DNA of 64,000 nt from a candidate division WS6 bacterium OLB20 (GTDB lineage: Bacteria; Patescibacteriota; Dojkabacteria; B142; OLB20). A program made the position numbers and the translations under genes. Positions 58,709-64,000 of this stretch are shown here, in pieces. The first letter of the stretch is position 1; each line of letters begins with the position of its first letter. The notes beneath the pieces are model-generated. The model made no database searches. It was given only the letters and a program-made list of their open reading frames with translations, and had not been told where the DNA came from. The DNA is taken from assembly GCA_001567355.1 (NCBI GenBank), contig JYNZ01000006.1, forward strand, positions 18,109-82,108, in the 5' to 3' direction.

Positions 58709-60463
58709 ATGAATAAATACGCCTTTGATCCAAAACCATACCGTGACGATATTCTTGCTATCGTCAATGAAGTCGCCGCAGTAAAGCGCTGGACACCAAA
58801 ATCTCTGCAGAAGATTCTACCGCGGCATCCGCGTGACGGCAATGCCATATTCAGCAGGGATCAGCTTGTGATGGGTTACCGCCTGCTGGTATCCGAAAAG
58901 CTTGCAGATGAGAACCCGCTTGTACTTGAGCGCATCCGGATGAAGCCGACACGGACGGTGTCGGGCGTGGCACCTGTAACCGTTCTGACAAAGCCATTCC
59001 CGTGTCCCGGTAAATGTATCTTCTGTCCAAACGACGTACGTATGCCGAAGAGCTATCTGGCCGATGAGCCGGGGGCACAGCGGGCAGAGCGCAACATGTT
59101 TGATCCTTACCTGCAGGTGTTTAACCGTCTGCGTGCTTTCATGAACACCGGACACAGCACCGACAAGGTTGAGCTGATTGTGCTTGGAGGGACCTGGTCG
59201 TTCTATCCTGAGGAGTATCAGATCTGGTTTATCAAGCGCTGCTTTGATGCTTTGAACGATTTTGGCGTGCGTGACCGTCGTGACGAGGTAAAGTCAGTTA
59301 ACATGTTTGAGGAGGCAAACCGTATTCCCCGCAAAACAGCTGACGGTCGGACGCGATCGTACAACGAGATCGTGCATGCTGTATCGCGCGGTGCTACAAG
59401 GGATCTGTTAACTGCTTCCGAACTGTCGTCATGGTCGGAACTTGAAGAGGCCCAGGTGGCAAATGAATCGGCTTCTTCGCGCTGCGTTGGTCTGGTAATC
59501 GAAACCAGGCCCGACTATATTGACGAACATGAGGTCATCAAGATCCGCCGTCTTGGCGCCACCAAGGTGCAGATCGGGATTCAGAGTCTTAATGACCGTG
59601 TGATGGAGTTGAACAGGCGCGGACATGGTGCAAAAGAGACAGCTGCCGCAATCCATCTGCTCCGCAGGGCAGGCTTTAAGATACATGCCCACTGGATGCC
59701 TAATCTCTATGGGTCCACACCCGATTCGGATATTGATGACTACAAAAAACTCTGGCAGCCAGAGTTTTCCCCGGATGAGCTGAAGATATATCCGACATCA
59801 GTTATTGCCAATACCGTCCTGCATGAAAAGTACAAACAGGGAGAGTACAGCCCCTACACTTACGAAGAACTGCTGCAGGTTCTGACAGGAACAATGCCGC
59901 TCACACCCCGCTATTGCAGGCTGACAAGAGTTGTGCGCGATATTCCTTCTACCGATATAGTCGCCGGAAACAAACGTACCAACTTCCGTCAGATTGCCGA
60001 AGAGGAACTTAACAAAATGGGCAGTCCGTGTCAGTGTATTCGCTGTCGTGAGATCAGAGGCAGAAAGATCAGCCCTGAAGATCTGCAGGAAGAGCGGATA
60101 GAATACAAAACTTCAGCAGGCACAGAGCATTTTCTGTCATGGAAAACCCGATCGGATGACAGGATTGTCGGTTTTCTGCGCTTGCTTCTGCCTGATGATG
60201 GCGACCATTTTATTCCCGAGCTTGCCGGTAATGCTGTCATCCGTGAAGTTCACGTATACGGACAGGTAGTAGCACTTGGTGAGCGGCAGGAAGGTCGGAC
60301 GCAGCATCTTGGTATCGGCAGCCGGCTCATCCGGACCGCAGAAGATATCGCGCGTTCGGGCGGGTTTTCTGCAATCAGCGTCATATCAGCCATCGGTACG
60401 CGAAAGTATTATTACCGGCTGGGCTTCAGACTGCACAGTCTCTACATGCACAAACCCCTCTGA
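58709..60463 (+). CDS. elp3: Elongator Elp3-like radical-SAM / GNAT tRNA wobble-uridine modification enzyme
   Basis: Radical SAM 'CPGKCIFCPND', Elp3-collinear core, C-terminal GNAT 'HLGIGSRLIRTAEDIA'. ORF opens at a TTG at 58661; ATG at 58709 preferred. Confidence 0.85.
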   Translation: MNKYAFDPKPYRDDILAIVNEVAAVKRWTPKSLQKILPRHPRDGNAIFSRDQLVMGYRLLVSEKLADENPLVLERIRMKPTRTVSGVAPVTVLTKPFPCPGKCIFCPNDVRMPKSYLADEPGAQRAERNMFDPYLQVFNRLRAFMNTGHSTDKVELIVLGGTWSFYPEEYQIWFIKRCFDALNDFGVRDRRDEVKSVNMFEEANRIPRKTADGRTRSYNEIVHAVSRGATRDLLTASELSSWSELEEAQVANESASSRCVGLVIETRPDYIDEHEVIKIRRLGATKVQIGIQSLNDRVMELNRRGHGAKETAAAIHLLRRAGFKIHAHWMPNLYGSTPDSDIDDYKKLWQPEFSPDELKIYPTSVIANTVLHEKYKQGEYSPYTYEELLQVLTGTMPLTPRYCRLTRVVRDIPSTDIVAGNKRTNFRQIAEEELNKMGSPCQCIRCREIRGRKISPEDLQEERIEYKTSAGTEHFLSWKTRSDDRIVGFLRLLLPDDGDHFIPELAGNAVIREVHVYGQVVALGERQEGRTQHLGIGSRLIRTAEDIARSGGFSAISVISAIGTRKYYYRLGFRLHSLYMHKPL

Positions 60464-60517
60464 CTTGCGCATCAGGCAGAATTGAGAGAAACTGAAGACA
60501 GGTAACCTTCAATAAAT

Positions 60518-61474
60518 ATGACCACCACCAAAACAGCAGTTGCGGGGATCTCACTCGGTGTCGGGGCGTTTGTTGTTGTCGTATTCGGAATGCTTCTGTG
60601 TTTCTGCTGCATGTGCTGCATGCTGCTCTTGCTGCCGTTTGCAACTGTACCCGGTCCAACTGATTATCCGTATCTTACAGCAACTCCAACACCATACGAT
60701 CAGGGTGGTACACCAACCCCGCCAGAAAGCGGACAGGCACAACCTCTTCCCGTGCCGGACAGCGGTCAGTTCTTATGGGAGAACTTCGCCGAGCAGGGTG
60801 AGGACTACAGACGCTCGGTTATTCGCGAACAGGATACAATTGTTGTCAGGTTTACAGAACTGGTTGCTTCTGGCGCATGCACTGCGTATCTCACAGACAA
60901 TGCTCACCTGGCACAGAATCGCGGTCAGAGGATCAGCTGCTATTCCTATGCGGTTTCTGACGGCAGGGTCTATTCGCTTGAATCCAGGAGCGGTCAGTCA
61001 CTGTTTGTTGTATACGATACAGATAGAGAACGCACACAGACATATACTATTGGATCCGAGGCCTTTTACTCCGGCCTGACATTTGACCGCGGATCAGTCT
61101 ATTTTGTTTCGTACGAATGTCCCTTCCCGCAAGGTCCGCAGGCATGTCTTACCGGTATCAACCTGCAGGAGGATCAGATCTTCCGGGTTCGTCTGCAGGA
61201 CGTTGCATACCTTCCTGGTGCACGGGGATTATACGAACTGCCGGTTGTGTCACCATCAGGGGAATTTATTGCTGTGCCTCTGATCAACCACGAGCGCAAT
61301 CGTGCAGGTGCAACAATAGTTTCAAGCGAAGGTCTTATTGTCAGAGAGTATACGTATGACCTGTCGCTGCTGTCTGCTGATATATCAGAAGGCCTGAATG
61401 TCGAGTGGATTGATGTTCATTCTCTCAGGATAATCGCCGAAGACGGGCAGACAGTGAGTACGATTAATTTTTAA
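60518..61474 (+). CDS. Membrane-anchored protein with Cys-rich TM helix and Pro/Thr-rich stalk
   Basis: 'LLCFCCMCCMLLLLPF', then 'PTPYDQGGTPTPPESGQAQPLP', then a ~230-aa beta-rich domain. Confidence 0.4.
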   Translation: MTTTKTAVAGISLGVGAFVVVVFGMLLCFCCMCCMLLLLPFATVPGPTDYPYLTATPTPYDQGGTPTPPESGQAQPLPVPDSGQFLWENFAEQGEDYRRSVIREQDTIVVRFTELVASGACTAYLTDNAHLAQNRGQRISCYSYAVSDGRVYSLESRSGQSLFVVYDTDRERTQTYTIGSEAFYSGLTFDRGSVYFVSYECPFPQGPQACLTGINLQEDQIFRVRLQDVAYLPGARGLYELPVVSPSGEFIAVPLINHERNRAGATIVSSEGLIVREYTYDLSLLSADISEGLNVEWIDVHSLRIIAEDGQTVSTINF

Positions 61475-61483
61475 GTTCAGAGA

Positions 61484-61927
61484 ATGATTTACCTGGCAGC
61501 AGATCACCGGGGATTTGAGTCTAAAGCTAAAATTGCGGCTTTTCTGGAATCAGCAGGTCATGAGGTCAGTGATCTTGGTCCGCACAGTTATGACAAGGAT
61601 GATGATTATCCTGACTATGCAATCCCTCTCGCAGAGACGGTTGCAGGAGAAGACGGAGCCAGAGGTATCCTGATCTGCGGTTCCGGGGTCGGGGTTACTA
61701 TTGCGGCCAACAAAGTTAAGGGAGCACGTGCCGGTTATATCGAATCGGTCAGACATGCAGAGGCCGCCCGGACGGATGATGACATCAATATACTTGTTCT
61801 TGACGAGTTTACATTCAGTCCTGAAACAGACTTCCCGATCATTGAAGCCTTTCTGGGTACGCCGTTTTCTGATGAGGACCGTCACAATCGCCGCCTGCAG
61901 AAGATATCTGATTACGAACAGTCATGA
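61484..61927 (+). CDS. rpiB: Ribose-5-phosphate isomerase B
   Basis: 'IYLAADHRGFESK', 'ILICGSGVGVTIAANK'. Confidence 0.9.
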   Translation: MIYLAADHRGFESKAKIAAFLESAGHEVSDLGPHSYDKDDDYPDYAIPLAETVAGEDGARGILICGSGVGVTIAANKVKGARAGYIESVRHAEAARTDDDINILVLDEFTFSPETDFPIIEAFLGTPFSDEDRHNRRLQKISDYEQS

Positions 61928-62559
61928 ACGTACATCCTGCAATTCTTGAAGACACAAGGACCGGTTTTGAGCAGCAGCTGAGCAGAGTCAGGGGATTTGC
62001 GCTCGATATTGATATTGATGTAATTGACTGGGAACGCACACCCGGCAAAACCATCTCTGCTGCAATCGCCCTTGAGTCAGACTTTGGAGATGCCGGACTG
62101 CATTTTGACCTGATGATGGACCGGCCCGCGGATACAGTCGCAACACTGATCAGTGATGCACGTGTCAGGACTGTGATCGTAAACCTTGAATCTGCCGATG
62201 ACGTCTGGCTGCTGCTGAAGCGTATTTCTGCCGAAGGTAAACTCGCAGGCATCTCGGTAAATCCCGAGACGGGTATTGAAACGGTACGTCAGTATTATGA
62301 GCAGGCGGGACTGATCCAGGTTATGACCATTGAACCCGGTGTTCAGGGCAACCCATTCATGGAGGAACGCCTCCAGCTGCTCAGGGATGTGCGTGAGGAC
62401 GGATATACCGGTCTGCTTGGTGTTGACGGGCACATAACCCCGGACACCATTGCTGCTGCACATGCAGCAGGCGCATCACGGTTCAGTGTCGGATCGGCAA
62501 TACTCAAAGCCCCGGATCCTGAAGCTGTGTATATGTCTCTGGTGGCAAAAGTATCCTGA
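61924..62559 (+). CDS. rpe: Ribulose-phosphate 3-epimerase (divergent)
   Basis: 'HFDLMMDR', 'VMTIEPGVQGNPF', 'LGVDGHI'. 4-nt overlap with rpiB. Confidence 0.7.
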   Translation: MNVHPAILEDTRTGFEQQLSRVRGFALDIDIDVIDWERTPGKTISAAIALESDFGDAGLHFDLMMDRPADTVATLISDARVRTVIVNLESADDVWLLLKRISAEGKLAGISVNPETGIETVRQYYEQAGLIQVMTIEPGVQGNPFMEERLQLLRDVREDGYTGLLGVDGHITPDTIAAAHAAGASRFSVGSAILKAPDPEAVYMSLVAKVS

Positions 62560-62583
62560 GAGGCAGTTGGATTTCAGACAGGG

Positions 62584-63441
62584 GTGTACTATACTAAACC
62601 AACTGACCTGCCCATGGACGTTAAAGATCTTCAACTCAAAGCCAACAGTATTCGCAAAAGCATTGTTACGATGCTTAATGCGGCCGGTTCCGGACACCCC
62701 GGGGGCGCAATGGGTATTGCTGATGTACTCACGTTTCTGTACTTCTCCGAGATGCGGGTTAATCCTAAAGATCCGCATATGAGTGACCGCGACCGCTTTG
62801 TACTTTCCGCCGCGCATATGGTCCCGGGTCTCTACGCAACGCTTGCAGAAGCGGGATTTTTTCCAAAGGAAGAGCTGACTACATTGCGCAAATTCGGTTC
62901 TCGCCTTGAGGGTCATACCGTCCGCAATCTTGATATCGGGGTTGAGACAACCGGCGGATCGCTAGGGCAGGGTGTATCGATAGCATGCGGTATGGCTGCT
63001 GCTGCCAAGGTGGACGGAGCATCATGGAGAACGTACTGTATAGTCGGTGACGGCGAATCCAATGAGGGTTCCGTCTGGGAGGCGGCGCTCTTCGGATCCA
63101 AGTTTGAGCTTGATAATCTTGTCTTCATCATTGACCGTAATAACATTCAACTCTCCGGAACGGGACAGGAGGTAATGCCGCTTGACCCGGTTGCAGACAA
63201 GTGGAGGGCTTTCAACTGGAACGTAATTGAAATTGACGGCAACAGCTTTGATGATATCGCAGGAGCATTCCGCACGGCACGCGAGGTTAAACACAGGCCT
63301 ACATGCATAGTTGCAAATACGGTGCCCGGCAAAGGTGTCAGTTTTATGGAAAACAAGGCGGAATGGCACGGAAAAACTCCTGATGATGAACAGACAAAAC
63401 AGGCTTTAGCTGAACTGGACTCACTCAATGCAAACGGTTAA
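62584..63441 (+). CDS. tkt: Transketolase, N-terminal (TPP-binding) subunit
   Basis: 'AAGSGHPGGAMGIADV', 'GDGESNEGSVWEAALFG', 'DRNNIQLSG'. Confidence 0.9.
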   Translation: MYYTKPTDLPMDVKDLQLKANSIRKSIVTMLNAAGSGHPGGAMGIADVLTFLYFSEMRVNPKDPHMSDRDRFVLSAAHMVPGLYATLAEAGFFPKEELTTLRKFGSRLEGHTVRNLDIGVETTGGSLGQGVSIACGMAAAAKVDGASWRTYCIVGDGESNEGSVWEAALFGSKFELDNLVFIIDRNNIQLSGTGQEVMPLDPVADKWRAFNWNVIEIDGNSFDDIAGAFRTAREVKHRPTCIVANTVPGKGVSFMENKAEWHGKTPDDEQTKQALAELDSLNANG

Positions 63442-64000
63442 TCTGCGCAATCTGTCGGAACTTGAACTTAAACCCATCCGTGACGGTTTCGGGGAGGGAT
63501 TTCTCAATATCGGTGCTGCAATCCCTGATGTTATCGGTCTTAACGCTGACCTGACCGAGTCAGTCAGGATGCATCTGTTTGAAGAAAAGTATCCTGAGCG
63601 TTTCTTCCAGGTCGGAATCTGTGAGCAGAATATGGCAGGAGTCGCCGCAGGTATGGCTCTTTCAGGTAAGATCCCGTATATGGGCAGCTTTGCCAACTTC
63701 TCTCCGGGGCGTAATTATGATCAGATCAGAACGTCTATCTGTATGATGAATGCCAACGTGAAGATTGTCTCTTCGCATGCCGGATTCAGTCATGGATCTG
63801 ATGGTATTACAGTGCAGATGCTCGAAGACATTGCCATGATGCGTTCGCTTCCAAACATGACTGTACTTGTTCCCGCGGATGCCTATCAGGCCATGCAGAT
63901 GGCAGAAGCTGCCGCTACAATCGAGGGACCTGTCTATCTGCGGCTCGGCCGTTCTGAAACACCGCTGTTATTTGCCGAGGGGACGCCGTTTGTTCCCGGA
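63428..64000 (+). CDS. tkt: Transketolase, C-terminal subunit (partial, runs off window end)
   Basis: Frame open from ATG 63428: 'GICEQNMAGVAAGMAL', 'SHAGFSHGSDGITVQ'. Overlaps the N-subunit stop by 14 nt. Confidence 0.85.
   Translation, partial: MQTVNLRNLSELELKPIRDGFGEGFLNIGAAIPDVIGLNADLTESVRMHLFEEKYPERFFQVGICEQNMAGVAAGMALSGKIPYMGSFANFSPGRNYDQIRTSICMMNANVKIVSSHAGFSHGSDGITVQMLEDIAMMRSLPNMTVLVPADAYQAMQMAEAAATIEGPVYLRLGRSETPLLFAEGTPFVPG

Noticed and set aside
1-64000. CRISPR arrays, transposases, integrases, prophage blocks
   Set aside because: No direct-repeat arrays, no DDE/tyrosine-recombinase-like ORFs and no phage structural genes seen anywhere in the window.

Overview
Gene-dense bacterial window (~52% GC, many 4-nt ATGA start/stop overlaps) mixing housekeeping genes with a large cell-surface glycan locus. 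I found no rRNA, tRNA, CRISPR array, transposase or integrase. Everything below is by-eye reading with no searches run.

Housekeeping genes:
- recA, rny, ileS, two tandem lepB, lgt, fmt, secG and secD/secF-like genes.
- parB, with a frameshifted parA 2 kb away.
- ELP3 and a divergent Trm9-like methyltransferase.
- rpiB, rpe and a split transketolase.

Glycan locus (~25 kb, two convergent operons):
- A Wzm/Wzt ABC exporter, with Wzt carrying an extra C-terminal domain.
- A dedicated PAPS module: ATP sulfurylase, APS kinase and two sulfotransferases.
- Several GT2 and GT4 glycosyltransferases, including a tandem two-GT4 WbdA-like enzyme and a GT4-HAD fusion.
- GtrA and GtrB-like genes, galE and manC.
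- An ATP-citrate-lyase pair (aclB/aclA) embedded in the same operon.
- The predicted product is a sulfated surface polysaccharide or glycoconjugate exported by an ABC-transporter-dependent route.

Other notable items:
- A translationally coupled wHTH-NTase / HEPN-MNT-fusion gene pair next to recA.
- An isoleucyl-tRNA synthetase with two inserted domains (CYTH-like and histidine-phosphatase-like).
- A divergent eukaryotic-like protein kinase.
- A highly acidic small protein.

At least seven genes (parA, GT4-HAD, gtrB-like, galE, aclA, a hypothetical gene, secF-like) are broken by single-nucleotide indels at short homopolymers. The alternative frame restores conserved protein sequence in each case, which points to assembly or sequencing error rather than real pseudogenes, but I cannot settle that from sequence alone.
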